Assembly (NCBI GenBank): GCA_036677065.1
Contig: JAKFBS010000003.1
Span: 256,001 to 320,000 of the forward strand
Direction: 5' to 3'
DNA: 64,000 nucleotides
Source of the DNA: Bdellovibrio sp.
GTDB taxonomy: Bacteria; Bdellovibrionota; Bdellovibrionia; Bdellovibrionales; Bdellovibrionaceae
This document shows, one piece after another, positions 1 through 9,151 of the stretch. Numbering within the stretch: position 1 is the first letter of the stretch; each line of letters begins with the position of its first letter. The position numbers and the translations under genes are program-made. The notes under the pieces were generated by a model. That model searched no databases, had not been told where the DNA came from, and saw only the letters and a list, made by a program, of their open reading frames with translations.

Positions 1-2344
1 CAGATCCGGTGTAGCCATCCCATCTTAGGTTTCCGATATTTTCATTCGCTAGCAGGGGAGTGGGAGCTCCCGCATTTCCTTTTGCTTTCTGAAGTGCGAG
101 CGCCGGCGTGTTGTTGCCGTATGTATTTATCTGAATGTCATCTTTTGTTGCCGGGCCATTGTCATTCACTAAATTTAAACCTGCAGTAGGTGATAAGGTA
201 CCCATACCTATGTAACCATCATTTTGCACCATTAAGACTGAACCAGAAGCTGTATTCACATTCAGCGCGTATTGTGCAGCGCTTGTACCAGCCACATCAA
301 TTCTTACGCCGTAGCCGTTAGCAGATGTATTAACAAATTTAGCGACTTGTGAAGGTGTATTGCCTTCAACTGATAATTTAACATTCGTTAATACGGCAGA
401 AGTTCCGATCGCCGTATTACTTACAGTGTAATAACCATTTGCATGCGTTAACCAAGGGGAGCCGCCATTAGTTAAAGGTAATACTCCGGTAACTTCGGCC
501 GTTGCTAAATTTACAGAATTTTTTGTCGCTAAAGTTCCTAAACCTAAATTAGCGCGAGCTGATCCGCTTGAAGTAACATCAGATAAATTATTTGCTGATT
601 GTAAGGCCTGAACAATGCGAGCATCGTTACCCTGAGCTACAGTGCCAGAGCTTGTGCCAAAATTTACAGATAAAGTTCCTGAAGTAGAAATCACTCCACC
701 AAGTAATCCCATTCCGGCATTAACATTTGTGACTGTTCCCACTGTGGTATTTGTTGGTACCCATTGTGAACCATTGTAAGCAAGTACTTGTGATGAGGTC
801 GGCATCGTTGCAGAAATAGTTACGCCGCGAAGTTTAGCTACAGTCAGTGTGTTTGAAGAGGCAGTGCTTATCACATCGCCAGCAAAGGCCGGCAATCTTG
901 CGTTAGCTAATATTCCGGTAGCACTTGCTGAACTTAAATCTACAGTGTTAGCAGTCGCAAAACTTCCTAAACCTAAATTCGTACGTGCTGTTATAATATT
1001 GGCAACGTCAGATAAATTATTTACTGATTGCAGAGCCTGAACAAGGCGCGTGTCATTACCCGCAGCTACTGTTCCAGATGATGTGCCAAAATTTACTGAT
1101 AAAGTTCCAGAAGAAGTAATCGGTCCGCCTGATAAGCCAGCTCCGGCCATGACAGTCGTTACACTTCCTGTAGGTGCATTTGCAGGAGTCCAATTTCCAC
1201 CCACGAAGGCCAGAATTTGATTTGCTGAGGGCGCTGTCGCAGAAATATTAAAGCCGCGAAGTTTAGTCACCGTCACCGTGCTTGAACCCGTCACCGTAGT
1301 CACATCACCATTGAAAGAAGGTAAGCGACCTGTTGGCAAAGTGCCCGAAGTAATATTGGCTGCATTGATTGCCGTTACTTGACTGGCATCTACTGAAGGT
1401 AGACGTGCAGAAGCATCAAGTTTAACGATTTGATTTGCTCCAGATCCAGAATTTAAAGTTAGAATTGGCGCGCTTGAACCAGATACAACACTGATATCTG
1501 AATTTGCGCTTGATACAGCTGTTACTGTTCCAACATTTGCAGGAATCGTCATTGGTGACCATGCAACACCATTATAATAAAGAATTTGTCCTGATACAGG
1601 TGCTGTTGCCGCAAGAGTTACCCCGCGAAGTCCTTGCACTATTGCCGATGCAGAACCTGCAGCTGTTGAAATATCGCCAGAAAAACTTGGTAAGTTTGCC
1701 GCAGGTAATGTTCCAAGTGTTGTTGAAATTTCTGCTGCTGTCATGCTTGAATTTGTCCAAGTTAAACTGCCTGATGCTGATTTTGATAAAAATTGTCCAG
1801 CAGTGCCACTATATAAAAGCGTGTTGGTGTCGTTCGAAACTTCGATAAATTCAGCTGCATTTTTACCATTTAACATTGTGGCATTATGAGCGTAAGGAAC
1901 AGTACCAAGTTTAATCGTCGCTGAAATATTTTGGGCGGCATAATAAACCTGAGCAAGACGTGTATCCCCAGGCAGCACTGTACAGTTGTTGCTGGCAAAA
2001 CTTGTTGATCCTGTAACCGTTCCGAAAAAAATATTTTGGGTAAAACTGTTCGGTGAACCCACGATTTGTGATCCTCCACCAATACGGTGAATGATATTGC
2101 CTTGGCTATCGCCACTGGCTGAAGAAGTTTCGCCGTATAAGTAACAGCCGTTGGCCGACACGTAAAAAGTTAATTGAGCCCCTGCTAAATCAATTGGACT
2201 TCCGCTGGTATCAGTAAGACTTCCTTCAAAAACAATTTGTTGATTTTCTAAAGACTGTGCGAATGTTGGCTTACAGAATAGCAAAGACAATGCTATCGCC
2301 GTGAATTTTCTAATAAAATTTCTTTTGCCAACGTGCTGGTTCAT
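1..2344 (-). CDS. Trimeric fibre adhesin (Bdellovibrio MAT-like), 3' end outside window
   Basis: Not in the ORF track because it runs off the edge. Hand translation from ATG 2344: MNQHVGKRNFIRKFTAIALSLLFCKPTFAQSLENQQIVFEGSLTD. Signal peptide, N-terminal domain paralogous to the 3019 gene, Gly/Ser/Thr shaft repeats and a GYIGMGTLSP fibre motif near the window edge. Confidence 0.85.
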   Translation of the reverse strand, partial: MNQHVGKRNFIRKFTAIALSLLFCKPTFAQSLENQQIVFEGSLTDTSGSPIDLAGAQLTFYVSANGCYLYGETSSASGDSQGNIIHRIGGGSQIVGSPNSFTQNIFFGTVTGSTSFASNNCTVLPGDTRLAQVYYAAQNISATIKLGTVPYAHNATMLNGKNAAEFIEVSNDTNTLLYSGTAGQFLSKSASGSLTWTNSSMTAAEISTTLGTLPAANLPSFSGDISTAAGSASAIVQGLRGVTLAATAPVSGQILYYNGVAWSPMTIPANVGTVTAVSSANSDISVVSGSSAPILTLNSGSGANQIVKLDASARLPSVDASQVTAINAANITSGTLPTGRLPSFNGDVTTVTGSSTVTVTKLRGFNISATAPSANQILAFVGGNWTPANAPTGSVTTVMAGAGLSGGPITSSGTLSVNFGTSSGTVAAGNDTRLVQALQSVNNLSDVANIITARTNLGLGSFATANTVDLSSASATGILANARLPAFAGDVISTASSNTLTVAKLRGVTISATMPTSSQVLAYNGSQWVPTNTTVGTVTNVNAGMGLLGGVISTSGTLSVNFGTSSGTVAQGNDARIVQALQSANNLSDVTSSGSARANLGLGTLATKNSVNLATAEVTGVLPLTNGGSPWLTHANGYYTVSNTAIGTSAVLTNVKLSVEGNTPSQVAKFVNTSANGYGVRIDVAGTSAAQYALNVNTASGSVLMVQNDGYIGMGTLSPTAGLNLVNDNGPATKDDIQINTYGNNTPALALQKAKGNAGAPTPLLANENIGNLRWDGYTGS
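540..1700 (-). repeat. Intragenic diverged repeat, 429-bp (143 aa) period, plus a third partial unit
   Basis: gataaattattt at 582 and 1011; ccgcgaag at 825, 1254 and 1623. Protein motif LP.F.GD...V..LRG..[IL].AT.P...Q.L...G..W.P occurs three times. Confidence 0.85.
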
Positions 2345-2353
2345 TCAGAGTAT

Positions 2354-2381
2354 TTATCGGAATTTTTAGACGAAAAGTTTA
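2354..2381 (-). promoter_or_regulatory. sigma28 (FliA)-type promoter
   Basis: TAAA-N16-TCCGATAA, ending 9 nt before ATG 2344. Confidence 0.7.
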
Positions 2382-2428
2382 ACACCTTACTCGAAGAAAA
2401 ATGTATTCATTTGAGAATTTCTTAACAA

Positions 2429-3013
2429 CTACTTGATACGGATTGCTGCTTTTAAAATAAAGTTTGTACCGGAGGTGACTCCGGCTGATGAAATCAAACG
2501 ACCACGTAAAACCGCAGGTGTACCGCTTACAGTGACGTTGGCAATAACACTACCTGCCGTCATTTGTAAATCACCAGAGTTCGTCACCATACGACGCAGA
2601 TTTTGCACGACGGTGGCCCCGAAATCACTCATACCGCGTAATTTAATATCTCGGTAAGAACTATTTGCCGGAATATCAAAGGCAGTGGTGTTGTTCGGGT
2701 TAATTTTATAAGAAAATGTGCCGCTGCTGGCGCAACTTTGCGTAAAACTTTCGGCATATTGACCTAGCGTAATATAAGTTCCGCCATTGTCAAAGCTGAC
2801 TTCAACATCCTTGATTGCGCCAAAACATTTTCCCGAAATATAAAAAATACTTTTACTGCTTTTACTTTTTAAAATTTGTGTGGTTTCATTCACTTCAAAG
2901 CCACTGACTTCACCAAGAACTGTAACGATAGGTGCGCCAGGCTGACAGGCCATTAAGCTGAGCAGCGAAGTTGAAAGTAAAATGTATTTCAAGTTTAATA
3001 TTTTCATATTCAT
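2429..3013 (-). CDS. Lipoprotein of unknown function between two fibre genes
   Basis: 194-aa ORF with lipobox LMAC and a beta-rich sequence; starts 5 nt after the upstream fibre stop. Confidence 0.8.
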   Translation of the reverse strand: MNMKILNLKYILLSTSLLSLMACQPGAPIVTVLGEVSGFEVNETTQILKSKSSKSIFYISGKCFGAIKDVEVSFDNGGTYITLGQYAESFTQSCASSGTFSYKINPNNTTAFDIPANSSYRDIKLRGMSDFGATVVQNLRRMVTNSGDLQMTAGSVIANVTVSGTPAVLRGRLISSAGVTSGTNFILKAAIRIK

Positions 3014-3018
3014 TTCAC

Positions 3019-5565
3019 CTATTCATAACAACAGCGGTAATTTTTAGAGTTGTTAATATAATCTGCATCAGTTTGGCGTCCATTGTATGTTGGCACGCCA
3101 CCATTGTTGGGTTCGATGTGACAGGTTGATAAATTACTTGAGCTATAAGAAACGTAAATATTTTTCGGATAGTTCGCAGAACCACCTACTGGAATAGAAT
3201 TTGAGGTCCAGTGAAAAATTCCATTATTTAAATTATTTAGAGTCGGCGAAATTGAATTATAACTTTCGCAGGCTAAATCTAATTGAATCGTTGTGCATAG
3301 TTTTGCTTTAGATCCACTGCTTGGGTTGCGGTTAAAACAAGTGTTGCTGGCATTTACATATGACTGAGGAGAAACAACATTTGTATCCATGCAAAAGGCA
3401 GAGGGAGTTCCGGCCGTGCCGACCATCGAATAACCACCATCACAATAAGTAACACCAGTTAAGCCGCGCCAGTTTACCCCATCACAAAATTCCATCGCCT
3501 TGTAAGTTGAATTGTAACGTTGTTTTCCCTCTTGGCCAGAACAACCATGAGCCGTGTTACTGCCATCGCTACCAATGCGCACACTTCCACTAACTGCGAT
3601 ATTGTTCGAAGAATAAAGTCCTGATTGATCGATATAAAGTTTAGGTGTCATCGTACCCGAAGAATCTTTTGTTCCAATAAATATTCCAGCTTGTGAAGAT
3701 CCGTTGGCCGCATTCACCCATTGTGTGGCAATCATAGCTTGGCCTTGCATAGTTTTAGCGCTGTCTTCTGCCATAAATAGCATTGATGATCCAAAGCCAT
3801 TTTGTGGAGTTGAGCTTGCTGGTAAACGACGAGATAACGATAAAACCGGCAGTGTTGTGTTATGGGCTGAATTATCCCACTGTTCAAAAATAGACACAGG
3901 ATTTGATGCGCCATTAGTATTTTTCACAAAAAGTTTTGTTCCCGAATTTGGAAATGTATTGCTTCCGATAGTTACATTGCCCGTATTAAAATACATATCT
4001 GAACTCATTGTTTGCCAGCGAGAATTAATCTGACCTTGTAGTTTACTAACTGCCTGCAATACATTGTCCGCAGCAACAACTGTTGTGTCTGAACCTGATG
4101 AGAAACCTGTTAAATTACCAATTTTACTGAGTGCAATATCACCATTCGCTAAATTTAATTTAGCTGCAGTAATAGTCGTATTTGAAATATCTGCGTCGGT
4201 AATTGTTGAATCAAGAATTTTTGCACTCGTCACAGCTCCTGAGGCGATTATTGGAGATGGATATGTGCCGGTTAAATCTCCGCTTGCGGCCCCAACTGGT
4301 GAAGCACCACCACCAATAATAGATAGGCCTTGCCAAGAAGCTCCATTACAGAATTCCATAGACCCGCTGTTATAACGAAATGATCCAGCAAAAATTGCAG
4401 TACAAGTTTCACCACCATTGCCGATTCTAATTGAACCAGCTACATCTAATCGGGTGATTGGAGCATTATGCCCTACACCCATATCTCCTAAGATATTTGT
4501 ATCTCCAGTGAAATCAGCACCGGCTAAATTTGCAGGTGTGTATCCTAATGCGGTGACAACATGTGATGCTTGTAGATTTAAATCAACTGTTATGGCGCCT
4601 GGTCCAGCGGATACGGTAAGGCCACCGGTGCCAATTAACACTCTATATTCAAGGGCTGTCCCATTACTGTTAACACCCAGAATTTGATTGGGATCGCCGA
4701 TAGAAGCCATACCGATACCACCGCGAGTAGTTGGTAAAACTCCAGAGGTAATTTTATCTGCTCCGTGATTTGGAATATCGCTGGCGACAAGAGCACTTGA
4801 AGAAATCACACGACCTTTAGAATCAACGGTTACTTTTGTATAAGTTCCTGACGTCACAACATCAGGAAGTCTTGCTGAAGCTAAAGTTCCTGTAGCTGAA
4901 GCAGTTCCTAAATCAATTGAAGAAACTCCGCCACTGGCTGCAGCCGGAAGATTTATCCAAGAAAAACCATTGGCACCGGCGCGGCTTAACACTTGGCCTG
5001 TTGTTCCGCCACTTACGCTCGAAGTTGAAATGAAATCAGCGTCTGATTTTCCGTTTAATGAATTCGCATTATTTGCGAATTGTGAATATGGCGTTGATCC
5101 CATGATGATTGAGCCTGTTACATCTAGAACTGCCGAATACACATCGACATAGCGGGTCGCTGCCGCAGCCACCGAACAACTATTGCCCGAGCCATCGGCT
5201 AATTTACCCGAAGTCGCACCGCTGAAAATAGAATTTGAAACTACATTGTTATACGTAACCGGAGAAACCACAGCGTTACCACTTCCGTAGCGGTGAAAAA
5301 TATCGCCAGCTGAGTTTCCAGACGTTGTCGACGACTCGGCGTAAAGAATACATTTGCGAGCCATAGTATCAAACGCCGTGATGTAATAAAATAACTGCTG
5401 GCTATTTAAATCGATGGCATTGCCGCTGTCGTCGGTCAGTGAGCCTTCAAAAACCATTTGCTGATTTTCACTTGATTGCGCGAACAAGGATTGACACAGC
5501 AACAGCGACAAAAGTGCCGCTGCAATTCGTTTGAATAAAAATAGGTTCATGAAATGAACAATCAT
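3019..5565 (-). CDS. Trimeric fibre adhesin (MAT-like) with Cys-rich C-type-lectin/FGE-like tip
   Basis: ORF track gives 3019..5577. Start moved to ATG 5565 (or 5550) because 5577 lies inside the promoter -10 box. Signal peptide, QQMVFEGSLTD N-domain, GTYTKVTVDSKGRV phage-fibre motif, two C-x-G-x-RYN-x-MEFC-x-G-x-W knobs, C-terminus AFCMD...KLCT...YRCCYE. Confidence 0.85.
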   Translation of the reverse strand: MIVHFMNLFLFKRIAAALLSLLLCQSLFAQSSENQQMVFEGSLTDDSGNAIDLNSQQLFYYITAFDTMARKCILYAESSTTSGNSAGDIFHRYGSGNAVVSPVTYNNVVSNSIFSGATSGKLADGSGNSCSVAAAATRYVDVYSAVLDVTGSIIMGSTPYSQFANNANSLNGKSDADFISTSSVSGGTTGQVLSRAGANGFSWINLPAAASGGVSSIDLGTASATGTLASARLPDVVTSGTYTKVTVDSKGRVISSSALVASDIPNHGADKITSGVLPTTRGGIGMASIGDPNQILGVNSNGTALEYRVLIGTGGLTVSAGPGAITVDLNLQASHVVTALGYTPANLAGADFTGDTNILGDMGVGHNAPITRLDVAGSIRIGNGGETCTAIFAGSFRYNSGSMEFCNGASWQGLSIIGGGASPVGAASGDLTGTYPSPIIASGAVTSAKILDSTITDADISNTTITAAKLNLANGDIALSKIGNLTGFSSGSDTTVVAADNVLQAVSKLQGQINSRWQTMSSDMYFNTGNVTIGSNTFPNSGTKLFVKNTNGASNPVSIFEQWDNSAHNTTLPVLSLSRRLPASSTPQNGFGSSMLFMAEDSAKTMQGQAMIATQWVNAANGSSQAGIFIGTKDSSGTMTPKLYIDQSGLYSSNNIAVSGSVRIGSDGSNTAHGCSGQEGKQRYNSTYKAMEFCDGVNWRGLTGVTYCDGGYSMVGTAGTPSAFCMDTNVVSPQSYVNASNTCFNRNPSSGSKAKLCTTIQLDLACESYNSISPTLNNLNNGIFHWTSNSIPVGGSANYPKNIYVSYSSSNLSTCHIEPNNGGVPTYNGRQTDADYINNSKNYRCCYE

Positions 5566-5573
5566 CAGTACAT

Positions 5574-5601
5574 TCATCGGGTTAGTTGCCTTAAATGTTT
5601 A
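5574..5601 (-). promoter_or_regulatory. sigma28-type promoter
   Basis: TAAA-N16-CCCGATGA, 8 nt before ATG 5565. Confidence 0.65.
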
Positions 5602-5647
5602 ATACTTTAGTCAGATATTGAAGGATTAAACTGGACGTTGACCCAAT

Positions 5648-5674
5648 TCAAGACAAAGGGGTTTCTGCCGATAC
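5648..5674 (+). promoter_or_regulatory. sigma28-type promoter (divergent)
   Basis: TCAA-N15-GCCGATAC upstream of GTG 5728. Confidence 0.65.
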
Positions 5675-5727
5675 CATATTGAGAAAATGAGTGAATTTAT
5701 TTAACGGAATAAATAAATAGGGATTTT

Positions 5728-7515
5728 GTGAACGAACAAGTACGTCGGTTTTTAATGGCAGGGATGATATCAGCGATAAGCTTAGGCTTAGTCGTTGGCT
5801 GGTATTATTTTTCTGAACCAGAAAATAAAAACAACACAAATCAACAACCTATAGCCGTAGTAAAACAAATTAAAGAAGAAGTTGATCGCAGACCTGCTAA
5901 GCGCCAAGTTTGGCAAGCGATCGTCAATGGTGAGCCGGTTTATTCAGGCGAAGCCATTCGTACCGCAAAAGGCAGTGAAGTTAAAATTCAATTCTTAGAT
6001 GGCAGCCGCACGATTGATATCGAACCAGAATCTATCGTTATGATTTTACAAAGTGCCAATAAAGAATTCTCTCTTGATCTTATGGAAGGGGGAGCTTCGG
6101 TTATCGCTGATAAAGCTGATGCGGGTAAGTTCAACTTAATCCAAAATGGTAAATCTGTAGAACTAAAAGGGGCAGCAACTCTTTCTAAATCAGGTACAGG
6201 CGGTTTAGAAATTCAAAGCGATGATTCAGGTGCTGGTGGTAATCCGTTTTTTGCAACGATGAATGACAATCGTCTTTCTGGATTTAAAATGGTTCAGCCG
6301 TTAAAAGATAAATCGGCGCTGATTGATACAAATAAACCGACAGTAGACATGATCTGGGCGGGTGTTCCCACGGGATTTAAAACAAGAATTGAGATCGGTA
6401 CTGAAAGAAATAAATTAGATAAAGTATTTGAAACGAATGGTCTGCAATTTGAATTAAATTTAGCCAGTGGTTTTTATTTCTATAAATTATATTTCACAAA
6501 TCCAGCGACTGGCCAAGTTGTTGGTGAATCAAAATTACAGCGTTTAAAAATTAATGAACGTAAATTTCCGGTTTTTGTAAGTCCGACGGCAAACCAATTT
6601 ATTCAGATCGTGAATCAATCGGCAAATCCAAAGTATAAAATGTTATTTGATTGGACCGAAGGCGAATTTGTAACTAAATACTTAATTGAAGTAGCAACCG
6701 ATAGTTCTTTAAAAAATAAAATCATTAATCAAGCGTTAACGAAAAAAGCTGGCTTTGAACAAGAATTATCACCGGGCGAATATTATGTGCGTATGTCAGC
6801 GATGTTTGAAGGCGAGACAAAACCTGTTTCTGGTAAGATCGAAAAATTCACGATCAGTTTAAATCGCAAGATTGACCCGTCAACGATTGGTATAAACTTA
6901 ATTTCCTGGGGCGAAGATGCAGAACAGCAGTTCTATATCAATCAGCCAGAACTTGAAATGACGTGGAAATCAGAATTAGGTAAAAAGATTTCTGAATTTC
7001 GCATTAAATTACAAAATAGTGATGATCCCTATGCGCCGGCACAAGAAGTGCGTAGCCGTGATTTAAAAACAAAAACAAAAGTTTTTAAACCAGGTCGCTA
7101 CATCGCAAGTATTCAAGGTGTCGATCAGGGCGAAAACGTTGTTGCGAACTCACAAAAAAGATTTTTTGTCGTTAAAGAATTAGATATGGTTAAACCACCG
7201 GTAATTATAGGTGAACCTGTATTACAAGCTTCTAAAGATGGCGCCCTAACTATTAAATGGAATTTAGCGACTGGCGCGTATAAGTATAAAATTCGTCTAT
7301 TAGATGAATTAGGACAACAAGTTTACGGAAGATTAATCGAATCAGCACAGGCTGAATCGGCAAGTTTAACAGATTTAATGCCAGGTTTGTATCTGGTCGA
7401 ATTAGCCGGCGTGGATATGTTAGGAAGAACTGGCGAAGTGGCGCAACGTAAAATAGATGTACCGGCAATAAGTAGCTTAGGGGCTCCGAAAATTAAAAAA
7501 TTAAAAGTGAAATAA
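5728..7515 (+). CDS. Membrane-anchored FecR-domain protein with Ig/FN3-like repeats
   Basis: N-terminal TM helix. FecR-like segment VYSGEAIRTAKGSEVKIQFLDGSRTIDIEPES...LDLMEG. Repeated F.W...Y.IEVA...PGEYYVR modules. Confidence 0.8.
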   Translation: MNEQVRRFLMAGMISAISLGLVVGWYYFSEPENKNNTNQQPIAVVKQIKEEVDRRPAKRQVWQAIVNGEPVYSGEAIRTAKGSEVKIQFLDGSRTIDIEPESIVMILQSANKEFSLDLMEGGASVIADKADAGKFNLIQNGKSVELKGAATLSKSGTGGLEIQSDDSGAGGNPFFATMNDNRLSGFKMVQPLKDKSALIDTNKPTVDMIWAGVPTGFKTRIEIGTERNKLDKVFETNGLQFELNLASGFYFYKLYFTNPATGQVVGESKLQRLKINERKFPVFVSPTANQFIQIVNQSANPKYKMLFDWTEGEFVTKYLIEVATDSSLKNKIINQALTKKAGFEQELSPGEYYVRMSAMFEGETKPVSGKIEKFTISLNRKIDPSTIGINLISWGEDAEQQFYINQPELEMTWKSELGKKISEFRIKLQNSDDPYAPAQEVRSRDLKTKTKVFKPGRYIASIQGVDQGENVVANSQKRFFVVKELDMVKPPVIIGEPVLQASKDGALTIKWNLATGAYKYKIRLLDELGQQVYGRLIESAQAESASLTDLMPGLYLVELAGVDMLGRTGEVAQRKIDVPAISSLGAPKIKKLKVK

Positions 7516-7528
7516 AAAATTAAGCAAC

Positions 7529-9151
7529 ATGACAACACAAACACACCGCAACTTGATTATAGCTCTGTTTTTTTTCTTTGCGGCCGTGCTATATCCAAAA
7601 TTTGTGGTCTCTGCTGAAAGTAACGTTGAACTTGAGTGGGAAGGCGTTGAAAACGCCAAAAGTTACGATCTAGAAGTTAAATCATCTAAAAACACATTTA
7701 AATTTCAAATCAAAGAACCTATCTGGGCGGGTCGTTTATCGCCTGGTTTTTTTAAAATGCGCGTACGTGCACGCGATAAACGAAGTGTTCCGGGAGAATG
7801 GTCAGAATACCAGGAATTTAAAGTCTTTTTAGATTCTCCGGATTTTGTTAATCCAACAAGCGGAACAATCATTGCTTCAAGCAATAATGACAATCAAAAT
7901 GTAGCTTTTAAATGGAAAAAAGTTTTCGCCGGCAAAAAATATTCATTAGATGTTCAGGGGTTGGATTCAACATTTAGAAAACAAGTTGAAATCAATAATG
8001 ACGAAAAAACGGCTATGGAATTGCCTGTGGCTACTAAGTTCATGGCGACAATCCGCGCGGCGAATGAAGTGTTAACAAGTAATCCAGAAAAAGACAGCGT
8101 GTCTGAATTCATTGTAAGTGGTAAAAAATTAGCTGCACCAAAACTGACACCGCCAGAAAGTTTGTTCGTGCGTGAAGTGAAATGGTCTAAACCAGAATTT
8201 GCACAGGCCTATAGTTATGTTTTAGAAAAAATGGATGTCAAATCTCAGAGATATAATGTCTTTGATGAAAATAAAGAATTACGTGGTGAAGCGATGCCAT
8301 TTAAAAAGGAATGGCCTGGTGGTATATACCGCTTAACAGTTAAAGCTATTGCCAACTACCGACCAGCTTCTGAGTCGGTTTCGATACGTTTTACGGCCAA
8401 AGATGGCGACCGTACAGAAAAAGCCGAAGAATTAGCCCGGTTACGCGAATCGATCGAGCGTTTATCAGGTTGGTTTGGAATGGCCAGTTATTTAATTAAC
8501 TCGGTTGAATATACAAATTTAAATTATGATTTAACCGGAACCCAAGTGGTTTACAAGGCGATCGGCGGATCACTGCGCGCAGGTTTTGGTTATGTCACAA
8601 AGAAAAACCCATGGGGTTATTACGTCGCCGCAGAAACCAGCACTTTATCAGTCGCGGGCTTTGGTGATGTGAAGTATAACATGTTCGAACTTAATTCTTT
8701 CTTTAAGATGAAACCAAACGATGCTGGTGAATTTCGTCAGACGGCCGGTATCGTCTATAAAGAATTACCTGATTTAACTACTAACTTTGCCGGCACAGTG
8801 AAAAACACTTCAGCGTTAGCCGCACTGGGATTCCGCTATGGTATTGAATACTGGCATGCGATGACACCGAAATTAGGTCTACAGGGTAATGCCCATCTTT
8901 TTCCACTGATCGCCGGGCAAAAAACCACGAATGGCCAGGCGTTCGTGCCAAGCACATCCCTGCAGGCCGGTTTTTTAATAAGTTACCGCTGGAGCAAAAA
9001 TTTAACAACTTTGGGCGGCTACGCTTTTCGTACTGATAAGATGGAGTATAAAACGGCCCCGACGGCGACGTTTCCAACTCCTGCGGCAGAAAAAAATTCA
9101 TCTACTATTAAAGGTCATTACTTAAATCTATTCTTGGAGTACCAGCTATGA
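7529..9151 (+). CDS. Secreted FN3-repeat protein with C-terminal outer-membrane beta-barrel
   Basis: Signal peptide, FN3 motif LEWEGVENAKSYDLEV...PGEWS, alternating aromatic strands ending YLNLFLEYQL. Confidence 0.7.
   Translation: MTTQTHRNLIIALFFFFAAVLYPKFVVSAESNVELEWEGVENAKSYDLEVKSSKNTFKFQIKEPIWAGRLSPGFFKMRVRARDKRSVPGEWSEYQEFKVFLDSPDFVNPTSGTIIASSNNDNQNVAFKWKKVFAGKKYSLDVQGLDSTFRKQVEINNDEKTAMELPVATKFMATIRAANEVLTSNPEKDSVSEFIVSGKKLAAPKLTPPESLFVREVKWSKPEFAQAYSYVLEKMDVKSQRYNVFDENKELRGEAMPFKKEWPGGIYRLTVKAIANYRPASESVSIRFTAKDGDRTEKAEELARLRESIERLSGWFGMASYLINSVEYTNLNYDLTGTQVVYKAIGGSLRAGFGYVTKKNPWGYYVAAETSTLSVAGFGDVKYNMFELNSFFKMKPNDAGEFRQTAGIVYKELPDLTTNFAGTVKNTSALAALGFRYGIEYWHAMTPKLGLQGNAHLFPLIAGQKTTNGQAFVPSTSLQAGFLISYRWSKNLTTLGGYAFRTDKMEYKTAPTATFPTPAAEKNSSTIKGHYLNLFLEYQL

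Noticed and set aside
3019..3460. Diversity-generating retroelement target (CLec-like tip)
   Set aside because: No reverse transcriptase and no template-repeat copy seen in the window.
849..5152. Many short plus-strand ORFs over the fibre genes
   Set aside because: Antisense shadows of long minus-strand CDSs, with no signals or motifs of their own.
1..5577. Prophage tail module
   Set aside because: The fibres carry Sec signal peptides and host promoters; no capsid, terminase or integrase genes are present.
5728..7515. Classical FecIRA iron-uptake system
   Set aside because: No ECF sigma factor or TonB-dependent receptor nearby.
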